Source of the DNA: Euprymna scolopes
Taxonomy: Eukaryota
Direction: 5' to 3' (one strand)
Length of the DNA stretch: 64,000 nucleotides
NCBI GenBank assembly: GCA_053919585.1
Contig: CM132822.1
Numbering within the stretch: the stretch's first letter is position 1; every line of letters begins with the position of its first letter. Position numbers and translations under genes: made by a program. Under the pieces are notes generated by a model that was not told where the DNA came from, ran no database searches, and was given only the letters and a program-made list of their open reading frames with translations. Shown here piece after piece: positions 51,501 through 64,000 of this stretch.

Positions 51501-52314
51501 ATTTTTCGTTCTAGTCCTCGTTTTCTCATTTCAGAATTGATGCTAGAAACTTATTTTTTTGGAAACATTTCAAAATGTGAAGATTTTAAAGTGATTAATT
51601 CTAAGCAGTCTAAGAACTTTTTCATTTGAATAAAAACATTCGATTGTTAAACAAGTCCCTTCCTTGACGGTTGTTTAAAATTAACATTCATTGACTAAAT
51701 ACCTCATTAAAGCGTGCGGTGTAAGGCGCACAGCTACTGCTTCTGCACTAGCAGAGTTTAAATCTTCAGAAATCTATGCACAGAATCAGTCAGACTGAAA
51801 CGAACTTTACTACAGACGATTCTCATTGTTATCTTTCGACTGTAGCAAGGGACGGTCGCGTATCATTTGGAGAATAGTATCAATTTACTCGCCAATATTG
51901 AAGGATTTACAGCTTTGATGATAGACGTTGAAGCGTAAATTCGACGGTGTAGGTTTTACTACTTTATGGGGCAGAAAATATCTCTACAATATTTACGTAC
52001 ATTGTCGAATTTTAAAAATCGCTTGTAACCAGCAGCTTTTTAACGAAATTTATGACCTGTTACTCTATGTAGAGTAAAAAATCTATACTATACGAGAATG
52101 TTCAAATTATAGGCTTGCTATTCCAAACTATGAGGCTGAGAATAAATAATGCTTATAGTTTGGAAAGTAACGGCCTGGAATTATTAAAAACGTATTCCAA
52201 TCATGTCGAAGTGATTGCTGCTAGAATTGAAAGAATAAATATTTAAAGGGTTTTTTTTCAGTGACGATTGATTATGTATTTAATATCATAGGCAATTTAA
52301 TTCAAACACCAGGA

Positions 52315-52650
52315 TTGGTTGGTTGTTTTTGTTTTACGGCATATCAACCCTTTTCGGGTTATTTAATGCCGAATCCAAAGATTTAAGAAAATTTTTTTAA
52401 TAGAATATATTTGTTTTCAAGTCGGTTTCTATTCAACCCATAGTTGTAACCCTAACAGGTACTACCACTCCGGGTCAGAGTGGACCTGGGAGCAATGGTA
52501 ATTAAAGGGTGGCTCCACACTACCCAAAGCCCGCAAGCTGGGGCCTCACCACTGGATATAGTTTAAGGTCATATCCAGGACCCCCATTGAGGGACGTTTA
52601 CCCTCTGCAGGGAGGCAGTCGATGTATTCTAATGCCCCACCGACAGGGCC
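52315..52650 (-). mobile_element. Longest family S short retroposon (336 bp)
   Basis: 12-bp TSD CAAACACCAGGA (52303-52314 and 52651-52662); empty site in the paralog at ~49628; (AAAC/AACC)-type 3' tail. Confidence 0.9.
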
Positions 52651-53479
52651 CAAACACCAGGAAGCAAAAATGTTACTAGAAAGCATAGAACACTTACGCG
52701 AAACCAAGATCTTATAAAACTTGCTCTTTTACATTTAGTCATTTTATTCGATGGATATCTCCAAGGTATTGACGTTATCTCAAGTTGAATTCAACTACAG
52801 AAATTGACAGGTTAGCGTTTGTTTTGTGCAGACCATAATGCAGTTCTACACAAATGGTGCCAAGTAGCTTTTATAATCTGATCGAAAGAAAAACAATTAT
52901 ACTAAAATGTTTTAATTATAGGGGTGTCATTCCCAATGAATCAAACAATTTCAGGTATTTCAGATTTGGTTATCAACGTTTTACTTAAAGAAAACAGAGC
53001 TTTCAGTCATCAGCTTCAAAGAGATATGTAGCAATTATTCAATAAATGGTCACAATCCCTATAAAGCTGAATATCGTACAGAGGAACCCAATTCCAAAAG
53101 ACGGTTAAAATCTGAAGTTATCTATACATAGAAACTAGTAAAATCGCCCAAAAGTTATTTCTTTAACAGAATATCATGAATGAAAAAATATTAACACTTA
53201 TAATTTTATGTCTGTTCTAAAAGAAATTCAGAAGTCATAAAAGTAACAGGTCAGAAAACAATATTGTTTTTGCACTAACCTTGTAAGAGCACTAGGAACG
53301 ATACTGAAAAACTTTGGAAGTAGAATGGTAGAGATTGGGATCAGGCGGATGGCAATGAAGATACAAATTTCAATAATGAAAGCTGCACAAGTATTAAGGA
53401 AAAACCTTGAATGTGGAGACTGCACAAATACTATAGACACAAAACACCAGAGCATCACATGGCTGCATGAAAACTGAAA

Positions 53480-53820
53480 GTATAATTGTAAGATACAGCC
53501 CCCCTTTTTGTGAGTGTCACCATAAACGGGTACCACACCAAATAGCGAGTTGAAGGAGGATGGAGAGACCGGAAAGAGAAAGCAGTAACCAGACCTTCAC
53601 TGGAGTTGTGCAAAGAGGACAGACATCTTGGGGGGAGGGTTATTGCCACCAACAGTCCAGTGAAGATCAATGGTCGCCACTAACGAGAAATCAACGGTAG
53701 TGGCTGTTGCGATAACGGAAATTCTTTTGCAAAGTTTTTCGAAAGAGGTAGAGAGTATTGGAAATCTGGAAGACTTTTCACTCAGACTCCGGGAAACAAG
53801 TTCTGAAAGAGCAATCTTTC
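53480..53820 (+). mobile_element. Possible Gypsy-type aspartic protease remnant (also ~50670-51010)
   Basis: PLFVSVTINGYHTK*RVE resembles PxxVxVxINGxxxxxxVDTG; the catalytic motif itself is lost. Confidence 0.3.
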
Positions 53821-55038
53821 GTGATGGCTTGTGTGACTACTAATTAGTAAATAGCAAACGTGTATCAAGATCTTAGTTACTATTAGTCAAACCAAGATTG
53901 GCTTCTACTTTTTAGGCGATTTCGGTGAGATTTTTTTAAAGTTATTAAGTTTAAAACAAATTATCGTAGCTTGTTTTCTTTTCGCCAATTTGTAATAACA
54001 TTTTATTGTAAAGGAAATAAAGTTATTAGAATTCTGCAACCTATGTTAATCCACTAGAAAATAAAAAAATTTCAGGCGATTCCATGTAAACGGACTGAAA
54101 GAAAATAGGTTTTGCATATAAATCTAACAGAAAATGACGTTCTTTCGGACCAGACAGAGTGGTCAATTTTGTTGGTTTTAAAAATCTGTCATTAAATGAT
54201 CTTGACCAAAATTTAATATTAATGCCATTGCGAATAGTCAAAACGTTTTTTGTAGTACTAACCCTAAGTTTGGGCGGTAATGCGAAAAATAACACGATTA
54301 CAACTGGGTTTATGAGAGTCGGCCAGACTTAGGACCTTGTTCCGGGCCATTTTTCCTTTTAGGACAGTTAACGAAACTTGGCACTAACCCTTTTACTCTA
54401 AATTTATGTGCAAGTCAACCCACTCTAAATTCTAAAATAATTTTCGGTGTGTTCACACACAATCGCCTTAAGTAGAATATTAATGAGGGGGAGGATTTAA
54501 AATGTACATTTTTTTTTATTTGATAAATCTAACTTTCATACTTCATGTGTTTTATTCCAAGTTTTGATTAAATTGATTTTTTTGGCAAAATAAATGCAAT
54601 AAAACATACGATTATTTCAAAGATGATCACTCCAGACAACGCAAGACCAGGTTGGCGCCGGAAAAATTAAAACTGTTCAGGAGCAGCTTATTCCTTTTAA
54701 TAAACTGAAGTCTGAGTATTGACTTATCACCTAGGTGATAAATGAGAGAGCATTTCAAAAAGTTTCCCAAGGTGATATAACTCTTGCTTACTTTGCCATA
54801 ATTTACCAATAAAATTTAATTGGACCCAGAAATCCTGGTTCATATCCCTTAATTTCATATTATAATCTGATAAATAAAAACCTGTTTATAATTTCCAGGA
54901 AAAATAAAAAGGTTTTGGAATCGAAAATGAGGATCAAATTTTCTCTACCCCCCCAAAAAAATTCTGATTAATTATTCCAATCTTATATATATATATCGTT
55001 CAGGTCCTTTCACCGCCAATCTATTTTTCATATATACA

Positions 55039-55438
55039 CAGTCTTGGTCAAAATCATAAGACCACTTAAAGCGCTTACGCATATTATCGAATTTTTAATC
55101 AAGCAAATGGTTGAAGCCATTGCCAAAAAGGAAAATATGGAGAAAATGAAATCTGCTTCATTCGAAACCTTAACCCTGATCTAATTTTTTAAAAAAATTT
55201 TCACCTGGTCAAAATAAGACCACTTTAATAAAATCGGCTAGTTTTGAAAAAATGAATACGAAAAGCTTTCTATGTTACTAAAAGCAACTTGTTAGTGGAT
55301 AAAAAAAACATCTTACTAAATTATAACTGGCAGAAGGGAAACCATTCAGAGTTTGAGAGAGGAAGGATCTTTGAGCTTGATAGCAAACGAAGTGAATCGT
55401 AGCAAAACGGTCAAATTCTTTAAGAATCAATATAAGCA

Positions 55439-55474
<36 letters not shown>

Positions 55475-56525
55475 AGGTCGACCAGAAAAATAACCCCATC
55501 ACTGGATCGCCGTATTAGAGGTTTAACTCCAGTATGAGCTCAAGTCGATTCAAAAGCCAAACAGCAGAATGTAATCCTAAAACCATCAGAAGGCATCTGA
55601 AAATGAAGGGTTTCAATCATTTAAAGCGACTGCAGAAACCACGTCTTCTTGAACAGCACAAAACTAACCAACTTAAATATGCCGCCAAATACCAGACGTG
55701 TCCGATAATTATTTTAGAATTTAGAGTGGGTTGATGAAGAGAAGTGGGAAAATGTAATTTTCTGATGAGAAAACGTTTAATCTAGATGGTCCAGATGGAT
55801 TTCAACACTATTGCATGATAAAAATTTGCTCAAAGAGACTTTTTCAACTCGGCATAGTGGAATAGGGTTTAATGATATGGGGTGCTTTCTCATCAGCTGG
55901 GACCCTGAGTTGCAAGGCCGGCAAACATCATCGCAGTACATTTCAATGCTTGTAAATGCTTCTATCAGGACTGAAGGTCCATGTCTGTGCGGAAGAAATT
56001 GGATTTTCCAGCAAGACAACACTTCTCAACAAGCACGAGAATACTTTTCTTCAAATAATAGAGAATTGTTAGATCATTCAGCATGTTCTCGGGACCTCAA
56101 TCCCATTGAAAATCTTTGGAGATGGATGGCAAAAGAAGTGTTCAAGGATGGAACCCAGTATGATTCGATAAAGGAACTTTCTGATTCAGTTTTCACTACA
56201 TGGGATAAAATTCCTTCGCAACTGATAAAAACCTTAGTTGCAAGCATGCCGAAGAGAATTTTTGAAGTAATTCTTAATAATGGGAGGCTATACTAAATAC
56301 CGAGGCCGTTTTTAGTAATTTATAATTACCTTTTGTTAGATAAATTATCAGTGGTCTTAATTTGACCAGGTGAAAATGTTTTTAAAAAATAATTAGATAA
56401 GGGTTAAGGTTTTGAATGAAGCAGATTTTTTCAATCATAATTTCCTTTTTGGCAATGGTTTCAACAACTTTATTAAAAATTCGATAATATGCGTAAAAGC
56501 TTACTTAAGTGATCATATTTTTTTG
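55039..56525 (+). mobile_element. Near full-length, defective Tc3-like DD34E transposon with long IR/DR termini
   Basis: About 190-bp TIRs with an internal repeat GGTCAAAAT..AAGACCACT; ORFs 55534-55734 and 55811-56296 ([31 protein letters not shown]). Confidence 0.93.
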
Positions 56526-56691
56526 CAATTATGTTGTTCCTTTGTTATTTATTTCTTCTAAAATCCGATTGCTGCATCGGAAAGGCCAGTTAAAAATACA
56601 TAATATACTTTGTTATTTTCTTTAATTTAATCCCTTTTTTAGAATTTATTAGACAAAATTTAACTATTTTACCGTGCCAATAAATATGATC

Positions 56692-56751
<60 letters not shown>

Positions 56752-57616
56752 TATAAGTAAACCTCTATCAGCTTGTTTTCCATCGTTCTGTAGTCACCCT
56801 GTTAGAGCCAAAAATTGGCAGAGTAGCAAGGCCCCCCCCATCTATATTAGACAAAACCTAGGCCACTTGCAGGCTCCTGTGGCTACCCGTGACGTTTTGA
56901 TTGCCGAGCCAATGCTTCTCTTCTGTGTGTATTCAGAAACTCATGATATACAACCTGGAACAGGTCACAGGAACGAGTACTTAATCTCAGGCTGTTAGAC
57001 ACAAGTTCAAACTGGTGTCGGAGTTTCTGAACAGAAAACTTGATTCAAACTGGCACACCTATATTTTGTCCATGCCATTTACTTAGCAACAGTCTCCACT
57101 CCGAAAAACAATTGTCAGTAGCACTACATAATGGAGCTACTAGGATGTTAGATTTGAGATATTTAACCCAGACTCCTTCAATTTCTGAAATTCCTTCAGA
57201 GACTTCTAATTCTTCCAATACTCACACTATTCTTCAGAAAGTAAATGGTCACTGACAAGTCAGACTTGTGCCAAAACTTGAGATTCCCGTCCAATCAGAC
57301 AAGCAATAGCCTTGTGAAAAGGGTTACAGGTCCTTACGAAAACACCAGCACCAGTTTTACCGGTTAAGTGTGAGTATATTAAGAAATAGATAAACTGTCC
57401 CAAGGCAAAGTTTTAAAAACTCGCGATACCGAATACATATGGGGTGAAAAAAAAAAGTGGCATTTGTCTGTATGCCACAATAGAATGACAGGTTACAAAA
57501 TATGCACAAAAACCACCGTCATTCGAACCCGGAATCCGTCCAGTACAAGGAAAAGGGAGGAAATACATGCAAATCATGGTACTGAAGAAATTAAAAGTCT
57601 GCATATTAAAATGTTT

Positions 57617-59800
57617 TTTGCGAGAGGGTCGGATTGGAATCGTGATTTTGTGACGAAGAAAAAGTGGAGAAATCAAGAGAAGACTGCTTTACGAAATCGG
57701 AGTTATTTTGTAATTTATACTTCCAAATCTTACTGCACTTAAATACAGTATCCGTGTCTAAAGAATCTGATTTATCAATTCTTGGTCTACAGACATTAAA
57801 CTAAATGATTCGAACCTGTTCTGTAACAAATTAGATTTGGGTTTTAGTCAGTAAAAGTACTTTCGAAAAGGTCAAAATTTTTAAAATTGGAACTTGAGCA
57901 CAAGTCGATTTGTTATTTTTAGGCATGCGCAAATATACATTTATATCTTTAACATTTTTTCAAATTTTTATATGTATGAGCAGATCAAATGCTAAAGGGA
58001 TAAGCCTTTAGAGCGAAAGGTGTTCGTTTCAATTCTGATAGCACTAAAACCATTTTCTTTAGGAAATTACTATTGAGCACAACAAATATAGAAATGGTTC
58101 TATAAACTCGGGCTCTGCATTAAAATAGATGTAAGCTTATTTCACGATCGAACAGCGCCGGACGGCTGGATCATGTTCATATAAAACCAGTCATGCTGGC
58201 AATGAATAATGCTTACACTTGGAAAGTAGCAGTCTGGAATTATTAAAAAAATATTCCAATCATGTCGAAGCAATTGCTGCTAGAGTTGAAAGCATGAATA
58301 AAGTTTGATATTAGTAACGATTGATTCAACATTTAATTTCATCGCCAATTTGATGAAAACTCCAAGAAACAACGATGCAAATAGAAAGCATAGAAAACCT
58401 ACGAGGAGTCCAGATCTGATAATAAAACTCTTGCTCTTTTACATTCAGTCATTTTATTCGATGGATATCTGCAAGGTGTTGTAGTTATCTCAAGCTGAAT
58501 TCAACTACAGAAGTGACGGTTCAGCATATCTGCACAGACTAATGCAGTTTACTGCAACGGTCCCCAGGTAGCTTTTATATCCTGCATGAAGGGAAAAAAA
58601 ATCATGTTTAGAGTTGGCGTTCCCAAGGAATCTAACAATTTCAGGTATTTTAGATTTGGTTATCAAAAAGTTTTATTACCTATAGGAAAAGAGCTTCCAG
58701 TCATGTGATCAGCTTTAAACAGTCATGTAGCGATTATTTTTCAATAAATGGTCACAATACTTAAAGCTAAGTATCGTACCGACAATTGCTTTTGACAGTT
58801 CCAAAGCCATCAATGTTACATTGTACGCTTCTTGGGTTACAGAGAAACCTAATTAAAAAAAAATAATAAATATCTCAAATTATCAGTACGTCGAAACCAG
58901 TAAATCTACCAAAAATGTTTTTCCATTAAACAGAATACCATGGATGAAGAAAAATTAACACTGATAAACTTATGCTGATCTTATGTCTGTTCTAAAAGAC
59001 AACTGGAGAAAAATTATGACAAAAGCAAACAAAAGATTGATCATTACTGTTTAACACAGCTAACGATAGAATATATCTTAGAATAGCAGCGGTATAAACT
59101 TCATTGCCAATGTACAGCAGATTCCGGTTTTATTTTCTGTCGAAAAAGAGCTTTTTCATCCTAGCATGCAAGTTTTGCTTCGTTATGTTAAGAATCTCAA
59201 ACTTAGAGAAATTGCAGTTTTTCCGTAGTTTAGATTCAGCTTTATGCAATTTGAATTTTTACAATGGCCTTAGAGGAAAAAAAAAAAGCTTGCAAGATTA
59301 TGAAAACTCAAATCTTGCAAAACATGTCTGTATTGTCAGTTGATGGGGATAAAAAGTTAACGTTGGTTATAAGACTAATCTCACTTTTAAGACAATTGAG
59401 AACATCCGCTAAGAGTTCGGGATAAATTCAATATTCCAGTTATGATGAGGGTTTATAAGCACGGCAGAGTTTTCACAATTGCCTTGCGTTGATATCGCAG
59501 TATCCTTGGCTAGATGTTAAGAATTTCAGGCTTGTTAATCATCACAAGTAAAAAATCAGTACCAAAAACAAAATTGGAGAATATGCAAATTCTAAGATTG
59601 CAATCCACTATTAACATTGCAAACAAAATTGTATTTTTATGTGGAAGACTATGGAAAAAAAATCATTCCCTCAAAAGTTTATAATTGGTAGAAGATCGAC
59701 TGGATGGAATCTGTCATTAAACTTCATTTGAACAGCATTCAATGTTTCAAGAGCATAGATAATGGTTGTTGGAAGTAGTCAGATTTGGCGAAATACCCAA
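57617..59800 (+). pseudogene. Decayed LRR-like gene (family 2), longest copy
   Basis: ttttag|gcATG at 57925 gives a hydrophobic N-terminus MRKYTFISLTFFQIFICMSRSNAKG; scattered LRR-like frames: LELKA*IKFDISN, QIESIENLR, TLLGLQRNLIKK, ISNLEKLQFFRSLDSALCNL. Confidence 0.45.
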
Positions 59801-61654
59801 TTAAAGAATGTGTGTCAAGCAGGACAGTACCTACCTCTGTAGTAACATGGAATAAATCTAGAAATCCTGAAAACGTTTTGTACAAACGGATCAGATTTAA
59901 CAGAACTATAGAAACAAAAATAACAGGAATAGAAATCCGGGTCGGTAATTTTGTTTTAATTTTGTTATTCCACTTCGACCACTTAAAACGTATCACGGGT
60001 ACATGCCCATCTAGTTTGGAGTTTCTCATTCGACCACATGCTGGCCACAGCCGGCCTATTCTCGTCTCCAATTTTATGCATCTTTTTTCTTGAACACGCA
60101 CTTTGCTTCTCCAGACCACGTAGTACATTTCTTTTCCTAATTTGCATATGCGCTTTTTTCGGTTACTGTTGCTAACATCTTCACAAGCCAGCCATCCTTT
60201 GCTGCTGCTGATTTTTCCACGTTCATATGCATTATGTTACAAAATTACAGCTTTTCCGTTCTAGCATACAGGCATTTGTTTCGGCTTTGGAAAACGCAGT
60301 CTTCAGGAACTCGTGATATAGGTCTTTGTGCACGATCGAATTTTTACAATCAGAAAGTGTTTAGCTAGATGTAGCAAAATTTAAACATTAACGTTTGGCC
60401 ATGTCAAACGATAAACTACTTGTGTCAAAGTTACGCTTTGAGATTATATTAGAAGGCAAATGACGGAGAGGAATGCCAAAGCGAAGGTGAGAAAATGTTT
60501 TTAATTAACAGTTAAGTGCCCATTAACCAACTTGCCCTGGATCGGAAGTAATGGCGAAAAACGAGTCGCGCGAGTTCGCAAACTGCAACAAGCGGAAGAT
60601 GCAACTCCATGATTAGTCATTATTGGAGAAAATATATGCACATTACAAATTAACTCCAAACACTAGAAAATATTTAAACAATTGTAAATGTTTTCAATTT
60701 GGCTAAAAATTCCACCGAAGATTCGTTATATTTAAATAGCAATATAGCGATCGTCGCGCATCTTTTCAAGAGAAATGGCGCTGAAGTTAACTAAATGTGG
60801 ACTGGACTAGTTTTGATGATAAAGCTTGAAACGGTCATTATCTAACGTGCAGTTTTTACTACTTTGGTAGGGAAAATCGTGGTTTACCCGACTAATGTGT
60901 GCATCATGCGTGATGGTTAAAGAAAGCGGCTACGCGTTTATGTTTTGTCCGGCTATACAAGCGATAAATAAGCATTTACATCGGAGACGTTCTTCTGTCT
61001 TGCGGGGTTAGAAAGAAATCAAATGATCCAAGATGACGTCCGTGATCTTTTAAAGTCCTTAATCTCGCAGTTCTCGCATGGTCACATGACACCTGCTCAT
61101 GAGGCATGCCCGCACACTATAAAAGCAGGTAGCTGTGAGGAGTTGGGACAGCGTTTAGACCTGCGTACTGTAAGCAGTGCTCTGCGTCCGATACAACTAG
61201 TGTAGTAAAATTTGTGTCGTTAAATCTTGTTCATTCGCTTAAGGAAAAAAGCTAAAGTGACGCTTTTGTATTGACGTGGGTAACGTTCGCTTAAGGAAAA
61301 AATAAGCTAAAGTGACGTATTTGACGTGGGTAACGTAAACTATACAAATTAGATTATGCAAGATGCACACGTGAAAAAAAAAAAAAAAAAAAAAAAGTAT
61401 GAAGGGACAACATTGATTTAAGAAATGAGGACTTGCCTTACGACTATCTAATGAACTTCACTCGCAACACTGCCATTCTGTGCTTCAAAGAGACTCATTT
61501 AAATCCTAGGTCGAACACCTTTGAGCCCCTGGGAACGCCAAATCCCAGAGTAAATGGATAACTGTTTAGTTTCAGGCCTTAACACATGTATATTTGAATT
61601 GACCACCGTGACAAAACACTATGTGGTCAGACATATCAAGTTTGTTTAGAAATA

Positions 61655-61915
61655 TGAAAACAAGAGCCACAAAAGAGACGTTTTTAGCACTAAAAGTTCC
61701 CGGAGACGCAAATCAGAATTTCGCCAGCGTCGCCCATACTAGAATAAAGGGATCAACATTTTGGCCAAGTTTCAGAAAAATCTAGTGGATGGATCAAAGT
61801 TGTGGGGGGGGGACTTCATTTTTATCTCTTGAGCCCCTGGGGGACGCAACAGGATTTTCGCAAAATCATTTTACTGTGCACATCTAATGAAATTAAATTT
61901 GTGGCAAAATTTAAG

Positions 61916-61949
<34 letters not shown>

Positions 61950-62025
61950 ACGATTACCTGGCAATCGTCCGGACTAACGGACGTCACTGAAAATTGACTA
62001 CAATAAATCAGGGGACCAACAAGTG
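61655..62025 (+). mobile_element. Possible Helentron/HINE-like non-autonomous element
   Basis: Starts AAAACAAGAG; GGACGATT..AATCGTCC hairpin; CGGA-like repeats; flanking related segments at ~61550 and ~62130. Confidence 0.3.
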
Positions 62026-62701
62026 AAGCATACATGATCCGTGTGCAGTGAAGGAGGTATAAAAAAATGACTAAGTTCAGCATTTGCCCCATTTAGCCCC
62101 CGAAAGTCCTCAGAGGACAAATCCTGGTGAAAATGAACAAACTGTAGTTTTAGGCCTTAATCTATGTACATTCGAGTTCTGCACCATGCAAAAAAGTGAC
62201 TAACTTCAAACGTTACAAATGTGAGCAAAATAATCAGCTCCAAATTTAAAAAAACCTTTTCAGCCAACGAGCAGAGTTAAAATCTTAACGATAACAGCAT
62301 TAAAAAGATTTTAAATTCAATCGGCCACAAAAAGAATTTTAAAGTCCATTTAGGACACAAGTTGCCCGGTCTTAAAATACGCTTAGACATGTTTTAATCT
62401 ATGGAGATTGCGTATGTATTGAACCAATCATCTATTGAATGGTATATATTACGAGGAATAATTTGCCAGGTGAATTAATACGCATAAAATAATGATCTCG
62501 TTCAAAGCCCGTCTGTTAACAATATAACCTTGGCTGATACCTTGGCGATACCCTGGACGAATCACTTCTGTTTAATGTTTAGTTTAATAAATTTGTGATG
62601 TAGGGGGAAAAAGTACTTTTATTTTAAATTTCACTACAAAAAAAATTAAAATAAAATGGTTAGGTACACTCGGACTTGAATTTTTCAGCTTACAGTATGG
62701 T

Positions 62702-62950
62702 TGTTTTTGTTTTACGGCATATCAACCCTTTTCAGGTTATTTAACGCCGAATCCAAAGATTCGGAAGAAAATTTTAATAGAATATATTTGCTGTTTTCAA
62801 ATCAGTTTCTATTCAACCCATAGTTGGGACCCTAACAGGTACTACCACTCCGGGTCAGAGTGGACCTGGGAGCAATGGTAATTAAAGGGTCTCCCCACAC
62901 TCCCCAAAGCCCGCAAAATGGGGCCTCACCACTGGATATAGTTTAAGGTC
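62702..62950 (-). mobile_element. Family S retroposon, 5'-truncated
   Basis: TSD TACAGTATGGT at 62691-62701 and 62951-62961. Confidence 0.88.
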
Positions 62951-64000
62951 TACAGTATGGTAGTCTTCAAGTCCAACGTAAACGAGATCTTGAGCCGTCC
63001 CCTCTTCAATCCAATTTAACAAATTTCCACTAAGGATTACTACGTTAGTCCCACTGACTATTGTACACTCATTAACCTTTATCCTCGAGTGACCCCCGGG
63101 CTTAGATAGGTGGCGACTCCTTTAAAATATTTCGGTAAAGTTGGTTCCAAATTACTTTCAGGTGAACATGCATCTCGTTTGGGGTGAATTAAAAGTGAAT
63201 TCCTAGAAGCCGTCCAACGCATGCTAGCATATAAAAGGGACGTTAAACCGAATATGATGTTTCCGATCAATCGCATGATTGAGTATAGAATTTCCTCCAT
63301 ATTGAATACAAGAATCAGAGCAAAGAGGGTGGGGAAAGAGCTTTTATAAATTTAACAGAATCACAATATAAATCTTTAAAAAATCTTTAAGAAAAAAGAA
63401 ATTTTTAAATCTACAGATTCATTCAGTTTCGTGGTCTGATGAATCGGCTTAAAAATATTCCGACTCAAAGTTTAATGTAGATTTCCAAATTTGAATCGAT
63501 TTTTTTTTTTTTTGGTCTTCATTTAACCGAAAATTCTAGATGTTTTATTTGGTTCCATTTTAAGAAACTTACGGATATTTTTTTCGTCTAATCTTTCGTA
63601 ATCAAAAAAAGATGAAGATAAGCCGCTTATTTAGCAACAGTCAATGACATCCGAGATTAATAATGGCAGAGATTTAAAATTAAAGAAATCAGAGAAGTTG
63701 CATCTACGAAAGAATTAACAGGAACTTAATGAGGATATTAAAAAAAAGGAAAGTTTGTTGTTTCTAGGGTTGCGGAGTCAAAAGTTATAATTTCCAATTC
63801 CTAATGTTCCAAAAATTATCAGACTAAAGTCTGACATGATCAGTGCAAAAATTTCCGCCACTTTTCAGAAGGGATATTTTAAGCCATGGAGATCTATTTT
63901 ATTGATCTTGTTATATATTCATTAATACATTTTTCTTTCAGATTAGAGTGCATCCTACATATTCTGACGACACTACCTGGTAACTAATTGAGTATTACAA

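Larger units (their letters stand above)
47740..53820 (+). repeat. Diverged tandem duplication (47740-51010 and 51070-53820) carrying LRR-like and Gypsy-like remnants
   Basis: Colinear blocks, e.g. 'gtgtcacgttag' at ~47990 and ~51335, 'atttaatgaccaatagatttgc' at ~48820 and ~51443, 'gttctgaaagagcaatcttt' at ~50980 and ~53800. Confidence 0.9.

Noticed and set aside
52560-52650. HDV-like or twister ribozyme at the retroposon head
   Set aside because: I could not form the required P1/P2/P3 pseudoknot pairings by hand; only simple hairpins.
56697-56755. (TA)n microsatellites and long poly-A/T runs throughout the window
   Set aside because: Generic low-complexity sequence; it generates the spurious IYIY, KKKK and FFFF ORFs.
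59739-60128. Overlapping 129 aa and 102 aa ORFs as genes
   Set aside because: No recognisable motif; lengths are compatible with chance.
61233-61340. About 52-bp tandem duplication (also a short repeat at ~50180-50230)
   Set aside because: Ordinary local slippage duplication with no further structure.

Overview
AT-rich eukaryotic (invertebrate-type) genomic DNA. I found no intact host gene, no CRISPR array and no prokaryotic operon. Positions 1-26.7 kb are a degenerate tandem array of about four 5.4-8.2 kb units. Each unit is a patchwork of co-oriented (+ strand) pieces: about a dozen intronless N-terminal fragments of UDP-glucose pyrophosphorylase (UGP2-like) across the array, decayed typical-type LRR coding modules, and R2-clade RT, CR1, LINE endonuclease and Penelope RT fragments. 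At 26913-29889 is a young, nearly intact CR1-clade LINE (one frameshift, 12-bp TSD, poly-A), inserted into a stretch with a tRNA-like module and a Helitron-type 3' end. The rest is a TE graveyard: Tc3-like and Tc1 DD34E elements, a full-length mariner, Penelope GIY-YIG, RTE, CR1, non-autonomous Helitrons, a TSD-flanked short retroposon family and a 5S-derived fragment. It also holds a second, duplicated family of decayed LRR-like sequences. All calls come from manual reading and translation; no searches were run, and coordinates of decayed fragments are approximate.
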